This document shows, piece by piece, positions 7,611 through 16,448 of a stretch of 40,378 bases of DNA (its first letter is position 1; the number at the start of each line of letters is the position of its first letter). Where the stretch lies: NCBI GenBank assembly GCA_964644465.1, contig CAZXVU010000002.1:2910-43287 (forward strand), given 5' to 3'. Origin of the DNA: an uncultured bacterium (GTDB lineage Bacteria; Chlamydiota; Chlamydiia; Chlamydiales; SM23-39). The notes beneath the pieces were generated by a model. That model saw nothing but the letters and a program-made list of their open reading frames with translations. It was not told the origin of the DNA and ran no database searches. Made by a program: the position numbers and the translations under genes.

Positions 7611-8934
7611 GGGTTTCCTCCTTCAGGGATTGAGTTTCTGATTTTTTAAATACATGAAAAAGTAAAGCAGCCATATGGGGCACTGCCATCGAGGCCAAAA
7701 TGAGGTCCATTAAAGACCAAAAGGTTTTAACCTCGGCATTCGCTCCGATAAAGATCATGAGCGTAGTAGCCGCCAGATACCAGTACGTTTTTCGATTGTC
7801 AGTGAGATATCCATAGCATTGGCCTCCGTTATAGCTGTTGCCTAAGATCGTGCCGAAACCGAAAAGAAAGGTGCTCAGGAGCACGATCGCAATCCCAAAA
7901 GTGGAAAAATAGAGTTGGAAAGAAGAAGCGACCATGCTGATCCCCAAAGGGATCTCGGGATCTTGCCAAGTTCGAGTTACGAGCGATACGCATCCGGAAA
8001 GAAATGCGATAAAGCCTGCAGTGTACGTGGAGACCATGGCCAGCGCTGCTTGAGCTTCCGGATTTTGTGTCTCTGCCATCGAATGGGGAATCGCCTGGGT
8101 TCCAATGCCCGCTTCGCAGGCTTGAGTTCCTTTGAAAACTCCCCATCGCAATGCCGATACGATCCCTCCAACCAGAGTGCCGCTGGCCATGGCATAGGGA
8201 GAAAGAGCGGATTGAAACATGTCATGAAAAATGCTCCCCAGCCGGTCGGCATTCGAAAAAAGGATCCAAAGGCAGGAACCGATATAGAGAGAGAACATGA
8301 TCGGGATCAACTTCGCTGAGAAAGTGGCGATCCGCCGAATCCCTCCTAACAAAATGATGAATACTAAAAGAGCGATCAAACTGCCCGATAAGAGAGTCGG
8401 AATGCGGTAGGAGCCAAGCAGGGGAGAATCTAAAATCGCAGCTAACTGATTCGCTTGCGCTCCAGACCAGGCCGTCATGAGAAGGAGACAACATACTGCA
8501 TACCATTTTGCTGCAGCCGGCGAGAGAAGAATTTCAATGTATTGCATGGGTCCGCCCATGATAGCCCCTGACTTCAGCTTTTTTCGATACCGGATTGATA
8601 AATCCACCTCGGCGAACGTCGCTGCGCTTCCAAAAAAGGAAGTCAGCAAAAAGCCAAGCAGGGCTCCAGGGCCTCCTAAGTGGATGGCGATAACTGGAGC
8701 TACGATGGTTGAAATCCCCAATGTGGTCGACATGGCAGTGAAAAGGGCCTTATAGGGTGGAATCGTATTTTGGTTTTGAGACTGGTTTGCAAAAGAGCTT
8801 TTTAACAAGCTCGGGAGCGTTCGAAAGAATCGGATCTGAACGAATCGCAGTTTGAGGGTGATGAATAGACTCCCAGCCAAGATAAATAGGCAGGAAGCAA
8901 ATAAAATATAATCAGATGCTTGTTTGATAAACAT
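7603..8934 (-). CDS. Sodium:alanine (AGCS family) amino-acid symporter
   Basis: The protein is 443 aa with about 10-11 hydrophobic segments. The AGCS-like stretch is HLGGPGALLGFLLTSFFGSAATFAEVDLSIRYR, plus GIGTQAIPHSMAET. Confidence 0.8.
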   Translation of the reverse strand: MFIKQASDYILFASCLFILAGSLFITLKLRFVQIRFFRTLPSLLKSSFANQSQNQNTIPPYKALFTAMSTTLGISTIVAPVIAIHLGGPGALLGFLLTSFFGSAATFAEVDLSIRYRKKLKSGAIMGGPMQYIEILLSPAAAKWYAVCCLLLMTAWSGAQANQLAAILDSPLLGSYRIPTLLSGSLIALLVFIILLGGIRRIATFSAKLIPIMFSLYIGSCLWILFSNADRLGSIFHDMFQSALSPYAMASGTLVGGIVSALRWGVFKGTQACEAGIGTQAIPHSMAETQNPEAQAALAMVSTYTAGFIAFLSGCVSLVTRTWQDPEIPLGISMVASSFQLYFSTFGIAIVLLSTFLFGFGTILGNSYNGGQCYGYLTDNRKTYWYLAATTLMIFIGANAEVKTFWSLMDLILASMAVPHMAALLFHVFKKSETQSLKEETHA

Positions 8935-9220
8935 AAAAAAACGCCTAAATTTTAGAATAAAAAAAATGTACCAAAACTCTTTAATTTGAGTTTTGTGAAT
9001 AAAAATTGGTTTTAAAGTGAATTAATTCGAGAAATTGCAATTAGAGTTGCAATTATTATTGAGGGAGGAAGAGGAGGAAAGTTGGGATACAGACAGAACT
9101 TTTAGATGCGTCAATCGCATGCAGTGATGCATAAGAACCTCTCTTGTAAAGCTCGGTTTAAGAGCTCTTTGGAGTATATAAGAACTTCGCAATCTGCGCA
9201 ATATGTGGAAGAAATTTATA

Positions 9221-10114
9221 TTATGATCTGATCACATCCAACACATATTGCGGCAGAGCAAAGGACGCTTTATGAATCGCAGGGGTGTAATACTGCATCT
9301 TTCCTTTCACCTTCTTTAGTTTTTCTTGGAGCGTTTTTTCTGAAAGGCGGTATTTAAAATCAGACGCATAGCCGAAAGCCATAAAGCCTCCCACATAACT
9401 CGGGATTGGAGCTAGATAGAATTCTACATGTTTGAAATGGGGCTTCCGGTTTTCAAGAGTCAGAGTAAGTTCCTCTTTTTGTAAGAAGGGGACTCCATTC
9501 TGATTGACGAAGATCCCTTTAGGATTGAGAAGCTTTTTGCAATCTCCATAAAATTCGGTTGTAAAAAGCACTTTTCCCGGGCCAATAGGATCGGTAGAAT
9601 CACAGAGAATTACATCGAATTTTTCCTTAGAATCTTTCACGTAAACGGCAGCATCTTGGATGATGATTTTGGTTCGAGGATCCTCAAAAGCGCCCTGAGA
9701 AAGATGGGGGAGATATTTCTTGGACAGCTCGATGACGGATCCGTCGATTTCCACTAAGACAGCATTTTGGACAGTTTCATGTTTGAGGACTTCTCTCAAG
9801 GTCCCTCCATCTCCTCCGCCAATGATCAGGACTGAAAGGGGATTTCCATGAGCAAGAAGGGGAACATGAGCGAGCATTTCATGATAGATGGCCTCATCGG
9901 CCTCGGTGGTTTGAATGGTGCCGTCGATAGCGAGGACAGTTCCAAATCGGTTGTTCTTAAAAATAGCTAAGTCCCAAAAGTTGGTCTTTTCCTGGTAGAT
10001 CATCTCATCGATGGCAAAAGATTGTCCCCATTCAGGATACAATTTTTCCAGATAGCGGTCGGTTGCGCAAAGCGATACAGCGGCAAGGGTCAAAGGGATG
10101 ATTTTACCAAACAT
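9221..10114 (-). CDS. speE: Spermidine synthase (polyamine aminopropyltransferase) with a hydrophobic N-terminal extension
   Basis: Motifs seen are DEAIYHEML, VLIIGGGDGGTLREVLKH, LVEIDGSVI and CDSTDPIGPG. The N-terminus MFGKIIPLTLAAVSLCA looks like a signal or anchor. Confidence 0.85.
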   Translation of the reverse strand: MFGKIIPLTLAAVSLCATDRYLEKLYPEWGQSFAIDEMIYQEKTNFWDLAIFKNNRFGTVLAIDGTIQTTEADEAIYHEMLAHVPLLAHGNPLSVLIIGGGDGGTLREVLKHETVQNAVLVEIDGSVIELSKKYLPHLSQGAFEDPRTKIIIQDAAVYVKDSKEKFDVILCDSTDPIGPGKVLFTTEFYGDCKKLLNPKGIFVNQNGVPFLQKEELTLTLENRKPHFKHVEFYLAPIPSYVGGFMAFGYASDFKYRLSEKTLQEKLKKVKGKMQYYTPAIHKASFALPQYVLDVIRS

Positions 10115-10165
10115 GATGGGAGCTCCTAAATAAAAAAGAGCGCCATCTTACAGAGGGGAAAGAAT

Positions 10166-11086
10166 TTACAACCAGCGTTTTCTTTGGAAATAAAGAACGC
10201 CGCCGATTGAGGCGACAGCTATGATTCCCATCACCATTAGAAAAGCATGTTTATCCGAGGCTAGAGGGAGGGCGACGTTCATCCCGTAAATGGAGGCGAT
10301 GATCGTTGGAATGCTGAAGACAATTGTGAGGGCAGTGAGAAGTTTGATGGTTCTGTTCACATCGTTGGTGAAAATAATGTGGTAGGAGTCTCTCAAGGAG
10401 CGGATGCTTTTGATATTGACGCGGCAGACATCTTCCGACTGCCGAATGGCAATCATTAAGTCTTCAAGGAGATCTAAATCTTTTTCATAGAGATTGATAT
10501 TACGGCCTCCGGCCATTGTTTCGAGAAGGTTCCGCATGGGGACTAAGGAAGTGAGGTATTGATTGAGGATTTCCTCGTTTTTAGTAAGGACAATGATCGC
10601 GTTGCTATCGATGACCTGGGTGGGCTGTTCTGCCCCTAAAATGCTGTGGCGCACCCGTTTAATGCTATTGGTATAGTCTTGCGTGATTTTTAAAAGAATA
10701 TGAAGGATCAGTTTTGATTTTTGGGTAGTTCCCATAGCCGTATTGCTCATAATAAGCTGTTCGATGATCTCGCTGCGATGGGGAGAGATGGCGATGACGA
10801 AGGTATTTGTGAGGATCATAGTGAGAGTTTGCGTGTAGAGGCCGAACTCTTGTTCGCCCGGATGGCGGACGAAGAAAAGCATGTTTTCTCCCTTTTGCTC
10901 GATGCGGGGGAGTTCGTATTTATCCAAGCTATCTCGGATATCGGCAATATCTAACCCTGTGATCTCTGAAATCTTAGAGAGGTCTTCAAGATTTGCTTCC
11001 CGGGCATAAATCCAGCTGCCCGGACGAAAGTCTTCTATCTTTTTAAATTCAGTATCCCGGATGGTCTTGAAGTAGATTTCAATCAT
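10166..11086 (-). CDS. corA: CorA-family Mg2+/Co2+ transporter
   Basis: The GMN signature occurs in IASIYGMNVALP between two C-terminal TM helices. The soluble N-terminal domain is about 240 aa. Confidence 0.85.
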   Translation of the reverse strand: MIEIYFKTIRDTEFKKIEDFRPGSWIYAREANLEDLSKISEITGLDIADIRDSLDKYELPRIEQKGENMLFFVRHPGEQEFGLYTQTLTMILTNTFVIAISPHRSEIIEQLIMSNTAMGTTQKSKLILHILLKITQDYTNSIKRVRHSILGAEQPTQVIDSNAIIVLTKNEEILNQYLTSLVPMRNLLETMAGGRNINLYEKDLDLLEDLMIAIRQSEDVCRVNIKSIRSLRDSYHIIFTNDVNRTIKLLTALTIVFSIPTIIASIYGMNVALPLASDKHAFLMVMGIIAVASIGGVLYFQRKRWL

Positions 11087-11137
11087 AACCTCTAAATATC
11101 TCTAGAGGCATGGATAAGGCAAGTTAAAAGGAGGAGG

Positions 11138-12175
11138 TCACGGCGTTAGAGCTTCGACTTTCTTTTCGAGTTCTTTGATTCTCTGGACGTATTCTTCGAG
11201 TTTGCGGACGTGGACTTCTTGGCGATGGTATTCGTTGATGGGAATCGCTGGGCTGCCCCGGTATTTGCCGGTTTTCAGCGATTTGCTGACTCCAGCGCGA
11301 GTTGCGATCAGAACATGGTCTCCGAGTTCGACATGTCCTACAATGCCAGCTTGGCCGCCCATCATGACATATTTTCCTGTCTTGACAGAACCAGCGACGC
11401 CGGTTTGAGCTGCGATGATATTATGTTCGCCGACCTCTACATTATGGGCGATCTGGACCAGATTATCGATCTTGGTCCCTTTTTTGATGATCGTGGCCTT
11501 AAATCGGGAACGGTCAATGGTTGAATTAGCGCCAATTTCCACGTCATCTTCAAGAATGACAATCCCGAGCTGCTCGAGTTTTATATGCCGGCCGAGGTGA
11601 TCTGGAGTATATCCAAAGCCGCAAGAACCGATGACAGTACCCGGTTGAAGAATCACCCGGTTGCCAAGGCGGCATCGCTCTCGAATGACACAGGAAGGAT
11701 GGATAAAGCAGTTTTCTCCGATCTCTACTTCGTAACCAATCGAAACATTTGGACAGATGGTTGTATTTGCGCCGATTTTCACATGGCGGTCGATGACAGC
11801 ATTCGGACCTACAGTGACATTAGAGCCCAGTTGTGCCGTTGGATGGATTACAGCGGTGGGATGAATCCCTTGAAATCCAGAATCGCGGTTTTCAGAGAGG
11901 AGCAAAAGTTCGGCGATGATCTGGATGGCGCGGGAAGGATCAGAGGAAATGAGAAAATTTTTCCCTTCATGAATAGGACCGTTTGGGCCTACGCAGATAA
12001 CGCCCGCAATCGAAGTTTTCATGGCTTCTGTATAGCGGGTATTAGCTAGGAATGAGGCGTCGGATGAAGTAGCCTCTTCAAGGGTATTTACCCCAGTGAT
12101 GATATAAGAAGGATTGCCAATAAGCTGGGCGGCGCATTTCGCCGCCAGCTCAGATAGAGTATAACTCTTCTGCAT
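11138..12175 (-). CDS. lpxD: UDP-3-O-acylglucosamine N-acyltransferase
   Basis: The central region contains left-handed beta-helix hexapeptide repeats (IHPTAVIHPTAQLGSNVTVGPNAVI...). The N-terminal domain is LpxD-type and the tail is coiled. Its ATG overlaps the skp stop by 1 nt (TAATG). The position after bamA-skp matches Chlamydia. Confidence 0.9.
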   Translation of the reverse strand: MQKSYTLSELAAKCAAQLIGNPSYIITGVNTLEEATSSDASFLANTRYTEAMKTSIAGVICVGPNGPIHEGKNFLISSDPSRAIQIIAELLLLSENRDSGFQGIHPTAVIHPTAQLGSNVTVGPNAVIDRHVKIGANTTICPNVSIGYEVEIGENCFIHPSCVIRERCRLGNRVILQPGTVIGSCGFGYTPDHLGRHIKLEQLGIVILEDDVEIGANSTIDRSRFKATIIKKGTKIDNLVQIAHNVEVGEHNIIAAQTGVAGSVKTGKYVMMGGQAGIVGHVELGDHVLIATRAGVSKSLKTGKYRGSPAIPINEYHRQEVHVRKLEEYVQRIKELEKKVEALTP

Positions 12176-12786
12176 TAACCAGCCTTATCAAGTACAGTTT
12201 CGTCAACTGCATTGATCGGAGCAAGATCTTCGGCATTGTCAGAGAGTTTTCTAGATGTTTTTGCATCTAATTCATAGTTGCTGTCCATTTCGTTGATGAC
12301 GAGATTCGTCACATCGAGGTCTGGACGGATGTAGAAGCATGCTTCTTTGTTCATTACATAGTCGAGCTTCTTAGACTTTGCGATCTTCTCGGAAGCCTTA
12401 GCGATCGAGCCGCTCATTTTTTGGATCATTTGGTAATTGGCATGCTGAAGCACTTGATAGAACTGATTTTGATAGCGGCCATGATCTTCTTGAAGAGTTT
12501 GGAATTTTACTTTGAGCTCTTCTTCCGCTTTTGGGGATAGGCTGTCGAGATATTCTGTATCATCGAACTTTGAAGCGAGTTCTTTCAATTCTTTTTCAGT
12601 ATCTTCGATGAGAGAGGCCAGCTGTTTGCGGATGCTCTCCATGTTTTCCTGCTCTTTTTTGCCGACTTTCGAGTCAGTGATGCAAGATGTGAAATTGACG
12701 ACGCCGATTACGGGGCCATCAGCAGCTGATGCCGTTGCAGCAATAAGGCTGAAGGCCATAGCGGCTGAAAAGAAAAATTTTCGCAT
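12175..12786 (-). CDS. skp: Periplasmic chaperone Skp/OmpH
   Basis: I prefer ATG 12786, which gives the signal peptide MRKFFFSAAMAFSLIAATASA. The body is K/E-rich and coiled-coil-like. It is sandwiched between bamA and lpxD. Confidence 0.8.
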   Translation of the reverse strand: MRKFFFSAAMAFSLIAATASAADGPVIGVVNFTSCITDSKVGKKEQENMESIRKQLASLIEDTEKELKELASKFDDTEYLDSLSPKAEEELKVKFQTLQEDHGRYQNQFYQVLQHANYQMIQKMSGSIAKASEKIAKSKKLDYVMNKEACFYIRPDLDVTNLVINEMDSNYELDAKTSRKLSDNAEDLAPINAVDETVLDKAG

Positions 12787-12806
12787 AAATTCTCCAAAAG
12801 TTTTTG

Positions 12807-15239
12807 TTAAAATTGTCCACCCATTGAGAAGAAGACTTTCTGCCATTTTCCTTCATTTCGGTCCTTTTTGACTAGTGGGTATCCATATCCGACCATAATT
12901 GGGGTTCGGTTACCTATATCTAGCCGTATGCCAAGGCCGATGCTGGGACGGATTTTATCAATCTCAAATTCTCCGAAAGTCACGCTACCGACATCGATAA
13001 AGGTGAAGACATCGAGCATTCGAAAAATTTCTTGGTTGTATTCAAGAGAAAGAAGAGAGGAAGAAAGGCCGCCGAAGGGGGTATCTGTCGGTTGGGGATT
13101 TCCGCTTGCATCGAGGAGCTCAACAACAGGACCTAGTAAGAAAGGTTTATATCCGCGTACCGTTGTTTCACCGCCTAAGAAGAAGCGCTCGCTATAAGGA
13201 ACCCCGTTTTTCTTTGTCTTGCCGTAGGGGACGATGTATTTGAAGTCTCCTCGGAGTTTCAAAGTGCCTTTGCACCAAACAGGGAAGTAAATGGCATTGA
13301 GGTAGCTCAATTTAAAAAAGTCATACTTACCGCCAATCCCTGCGATTTCTGATTCGAAATAGGATCTCCATCCTCGATGGGGCTTATAAGCATTATCTGT
13401 TGAATCGTAGCTGAGGTTTCCGCTGAAAGCGGAGATCAGACCTTTCTGATCGAGCAATCTCTCCATTGCATCTGCTGAAGCTACAGAAAGCGCGGATTCC
13501 GGATCGATCGGATCGAGATTGAGGTGGTCTTTAGAATGTCGGACGCGCTGCCTCATACCCACGGTCCAATAATTGGTCAGGGGGTAATTTGTATAAACAG
13601 ATCCGCCGTAGGTCACAACAACCACGTCTTTTTGCAAATTATGGCTGAATGTGCGGCTGATCTCGACCCCTAAACGCCAGAGAGAGTCATTGACATAAGG
13701 GTTGAGCCAGGAAACTAAAATATTATTTTGTTTCTTACCGACGGTGCCTCTAACGTGGAAGAATTCGCCGCCGCCCCTTAAGCGGGAGATACGTCCGCCA
13801 AGAGCTCTGCCAACGCCTCTGATATTGAAATTTCTTTCTGTCAGGTCAAGACCGCCGAAAACATCGTCCATGGAGCTGAATCCCATGAAAAGACTGACGT
13901 TTCCAGTCGTTGTTTCTTCAACTTCGATGTAAACATCGCGATAATTATCGCCCAAGCCTACATCATCCGCAGTCCGCACTGCATAGACGTTGACGCTTTT
14001 AAAATAACCGACCGCTTCAAGACGCTGCTGGGTAGCTTTAAGCTTGCGGCAGTCGAAAGTATCGCCCGGGCAAAGCAATGATTCCCGTAGAATCACATTG
14101 TTCAGAGTAGAGGTATTTCCAAAAATATGGATCAACCCGATTTTGTACTGCTGTCCTTCTTCAATAGAGAAGTTGACGTCGAAAACGGGTTCGTCTTCTT
14201 TGAGGACTGTCTCATATTGGACGCTGGCATCGATATACCCTTTTTGGCCATAGAGATCTTTAATGGCCTGGGATGTGTCGCGCAATTTGTCGGGCGAGAA
14301 TGTTTCGTTGGATGAAATGAGCGATTTTCTTTGAATATCTTCAATGGGGATCAGAGTGTTTCCTTCGAAGAGTACGTTCCCGAAATGATAGAGCTGGCCG
14401 CGATGGGCGATGATTTCGACGATCATCTTACCGCTCTCTGGATCATCGAGAAGCTGAACTTGCACCCGTGCGTCTGCATACCCTTTATTATGCAAATAAT
14501 TCAGCGTCGTCATCCGGTCTTGTTCTAACGCTTCATCTCGGAATATGCCGGTACCTGTCATCCAGCTGGTGAGGAAGTTGTATTTTTTCAAAAAGACTTG
14601 ATCGCTGAGATCGCTCTGTTCTGATTTTGTAAAGCCTGAGAAGACGATCTTTTTAATGTAGCCAGGGCGGCCTTCCCGCACATCGATAACGACATCGATC
14701 TGATTCGTATTTGGGACAGCTTGGATTGTGTAGGATACTTGCGATTCAAAGTAACCTTTCTTGAAGTAGAGCTCTTTGACCTTATTGAATGCCTTATTGA
14801 ATTCTTGCCTGTTGAAAATCGTATTCGGCTTGATATCGAGTTCTTTCTGCAAGGTCGAAGTTTTGAACTGCTCATTTCCATACCACTGGATCGAATGGAT
14901 CAAAGGCTTCGGAGTGACTCGTATCGTAATAAATACCCGGCCGTCCTTCAGTCTCAACACCGGTTCAACCCGATCATATTCTTCGGAAAGGCTTTTCAAA
15001 TCATTATCAAAAGTGAGCTGCGAAAAATCATCGCCTTCTTTCGTTTTTAACCTGGAAAGAATCGGTTTCGCATCAAATGATGGCTCAGCATCTGGAGAGT
15101 CGACGACAACCTCGATCTGCGAAACGCGTTTGTCATCATAAAGTTCAGCAGCAACTAATGGACTCGCTGCGCTAGCAAAAAGTATGGAGAGAAGAACATA
15201 GGATCTAATGAAAGGATCGCGGCGTCGTTGTTTTGTCAT
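12807..15239 (-). CDS. bamA: Outer-membrane protein assembly factor BamA (Omp85)
   Basis: I prefer ATG 15239 (MTKQRRRDPFIRSYVLLSILFASAASPLVAA signal). Repeated POTRA-like units are followed by a barrel with FFLGGETTVRGYKPF and a C-terminal aromatic end, FFSMGGQF. Confidence 0.9.
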   Translation of the reverse strand: MTKQRRRDPFIRSYVLLSILFASAASPLVAAELYDDKRVSQIEVVVDSPDAEPSFDAKPILSRLKTKEGDDFSQLTFDNDLKSLSEEYDRVEPVLRLKDGRVFITIRVTPKPLIHSIQWYGNEQFKTSTLQKELDIKPNTIFNRQEFNKAFNKVKELYFKKGYFESQVSYTIQAVPNTNQIDVVIDVREGRPGYIKKIVFSGFTKSEQSDLSDQVFLKKYNFLTSWMTGTGIFRDEALEQDRMTTLNYLHNKGYADARVQVQLLDDPESGKMIVEIIAHRGQLYHFGNVLFEGNTLIPIEDIQRKSLISSNETFSPDKLRDTSQAIKDLYGQKGYIDASVQYETVLKEDEPVFDVNFSIEEGQQYKIGLIHIFGNTSTLNNVILRESLLCPGDTFDCRKLKATQQRLEAVGYFKSVNVYAVRTADDVGLGDNYRDVYIEVEETTTGNVSLFMGFSSMDDVFGGLDLTERNFNIRGVGRALGGRISRLRGGGEFFHVRGTVGKKQNNILVSWLNPYVNDSLWRLGVEISRTFSHNLQKDVVVVTYGGSVYTNYPLTNYWTVGMRQRVRHSKDHLNLDPIDPESALSVASADAMERLLDQKGLISAFSGNLSYDSTDNAYKPHRGWRSYFESEIAGIGGKYDFFKLSYLNAIYFPVWCKGTLKLRGDFKYIVPYGKTKKNGVPYSERFFLGGETTVRGYKPFLLGPVVELLDASGNPQPTDTPFGGLSSSLLSLEYNQEIFRMLDVFTFIDVGSVTFGEFEIDKIRPSIGLGIRLDIGNRTPIMVGYGYPLVKKDRNEGKWQKVFFSMGGQF

Positions 15240-15356
15240 GTCAGTAATGAATCCTTTTCGACTTCGTAGTCCATCGATTATAGAAATCGCCCCAAATATA
15301 ATCAACAAATTAGGGCTGAGGCGAGGCCGGCGCCAAATCAATCCTCCTCGCCCTTT

Positions 15357-15386
15357 CCCCAAAGATGATGCATCTTCGGGGACCCC
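15357..15386 (+). repeat. 30-nt conserved hairpin element, copy 1
   Basis: ccccaaagaTgatgcAtcttcggggacccc is 28/30 identical to 24476-24505. The two differences fall on the two sides of one stem base pair. Confidence 0.85.
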
Positions 15387-15574
15387 TTGGGAAAACGGCC
15401 CTATTTACTTAAATAGAGGCGCTCCTCGTTCGGACCACTCGCTTCCTTTCCCCAAAAAACTTCGATTTTTTGGGGACCCCTGTACGCTCGTTTTGATTTT
15501 GCTTGGCCTCGCTCAGCCTCGGACCGCAAACTTCGTTGCGGACTTTATCCGCAACTTTGTTGCGGCTTTTTTCT

Positions 15575-15606
15575 CTCTGTGATCTCTGTGCCTCTGTGTC
15601 TCTGTG
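15575..15606. repeat. Heptamer array CTCTGTG x4 with 1-2 nt spacers
   Basis: ctctgtg-at-ctctgtg-c-ctctgtg-t-ctctgtg, read directly from the sequence. Confidence 0.8.
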
Positions 15607-15685
15607 TTGAATAGAGCCAGGTACCCTTGTGCTCGGAAGCCGGCTTAGTAGATTCGCGGGGAGTTTTTATGTAGGTTCGCGGGGA

Positions 15686-16288
15686 TTATAAGGTCTGGCG
15701 GCCGACAAGGGCGCGGGCGAGAGTTCCGCCATCGATATATTCAAGAGTGCTTCCAACAGGCAAGCCAAATGCTAAACGGGAAATAGCAAGCTGGGGCCGA
15801 AGAAGCTGGTTTTTTAAGAAGAGAGCAGTCGTGTCGCCTTCAAGAGTGGAATCAAAAGCGATAATGACTTCCCGCACATTGTGCTCCGCGATCCGCTTTT
15901 CAATGCGGTCGACGCGCAATGAAGTTGCATGGCGGCCATCAAGCGGTGAGAGAAGATGTTCTACAACATGATAAAGTCCGCGATAGGATTTGGTCTCTTC
16001 AATGGAATATGCATCGCGGGGAGAGGCGAGTATGCAAAGAGATGTTGGGTCGCGGAGAGTAGGATTGCAAAAATGGCATGAACCTTGATGCGTCAAACAT
16101 CCGCAAGTTGGACATTGAGGGATTTTTTCCTGAATGTTTTTCAGCAATTCTCCCAATTCGAGAAGTTGATCTTGGGGCCAGCTTAGGAATTCAAAAGCAA
16201 ATCTCTCGGCTGTGCGAGTGCCAACGCCTGGCAGCTTTTTCAAATGGGCGATGAGTGAGAGTAGATCTTCGGGGTATTTATTTGGCAT
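15686..16288 (-). CDS. recR: Recombination protein RecR
   Basis: It has a helix-hairpin-helix LPGVGTRTAERFAF, a C4 zinc finger CPTCGC...CHFC, and a Toprim-like region VREVIIAFDSTLEGD. Confidence 0.9.
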   Translation of the reverse strand: MPNKYPEDLLSLIAHLKKLPGVGTRTAERFAFEFLSWPQDQLLELGELLKNIQEKIPQCPTCGCLTHQGSCHFCNPTLRDPTSLCILASPRDAYSIEETKSYRGLYHVVEHLLSPLDGRHATSLRVDRIEKRIAEHNVREVIIAFDSTLEGDTTALFLKNQLLRPQLAISRLAFGLPVGSTLEYIDGGTLARALVGRQTL

Positions 16289-16448
16289 AAAGCGGCTACC
16301 ATATCAAGTCAGTCTATTTTTAGTGCAATATTTAAATATTTCTTACCCCTTTTTGCCAGGAATCTCCATTTCTTCCCTTTTAAAGGGCGTTCGGCTAAAC
16401 TGATGCCCGATATTTTTACCCCATAAAAAGCCGGGTCTTTTCAAAAAA

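Larger units (their letters stand above)
15340..15685. repeat. GC-rich hairpin-dense intergenic element A (between the recR stop and the bamA start)
   Basis: Hairpins lie at 15357-15381, 15450-15475 (10-bp perfect stem CCCCAAAAAA/TTTTTTGGGG), 15524-15541 and 15549-15565. A CTCTGTG x4 array spans 15575-15606. TTCGCGGGGA occurs twice, at 15653-15662 and 15676-15685. Confidence 0.8.

Noticed and set aside
11585-12049. A 154-aa antisense ORF inside lpxD. Similar long antisense ORFs lie at 17425-17910 (fabD), 22110-22574 (HEAT gene) and 28354-28791 (acpS).
   Set aside because: Each is fully embedded opposite a gene with clear family motifs. None has a motif of its own.
15240-15362. N-terminal extensions suggested by the ORF track for bamA (to 15362), skp (to 12846), trxB (from 26112), acpS (to 28755), ridA (to 35125), ssb (from 35164), the hydrolase (to 34048) and the RluA-like gene (from 37064).
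   Set aside because: Internal starts give canonical signal peptides or family N-termini and remove overlaps with neighbours. For example, GGAGG precedes GTG 35221 for ssb, and GTG 37187 overlaps the pepA stop.
15208-15582. A 124-aa + strand ORF spanning the bamA-recR intergenic region. It shares the peptide PKDDASSGTP with the ORF at 24423-24605.
   Set aside because: The shared peptide is simply the translation of the 30-nt hairpin repeat. The ORF runs through palindromes and GC-rich repeats, has no SD and low-complexity content, and overlaps the bamA 5' end.
15575-15606. Possible CRISPR array, given short direct repeats in an intergenic region.
   Set aside because: The repeat unit is only 7 nt with 1-2 nt spacers. 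There are no 25-40 nt repeats or spacers and no cas genes in the window.
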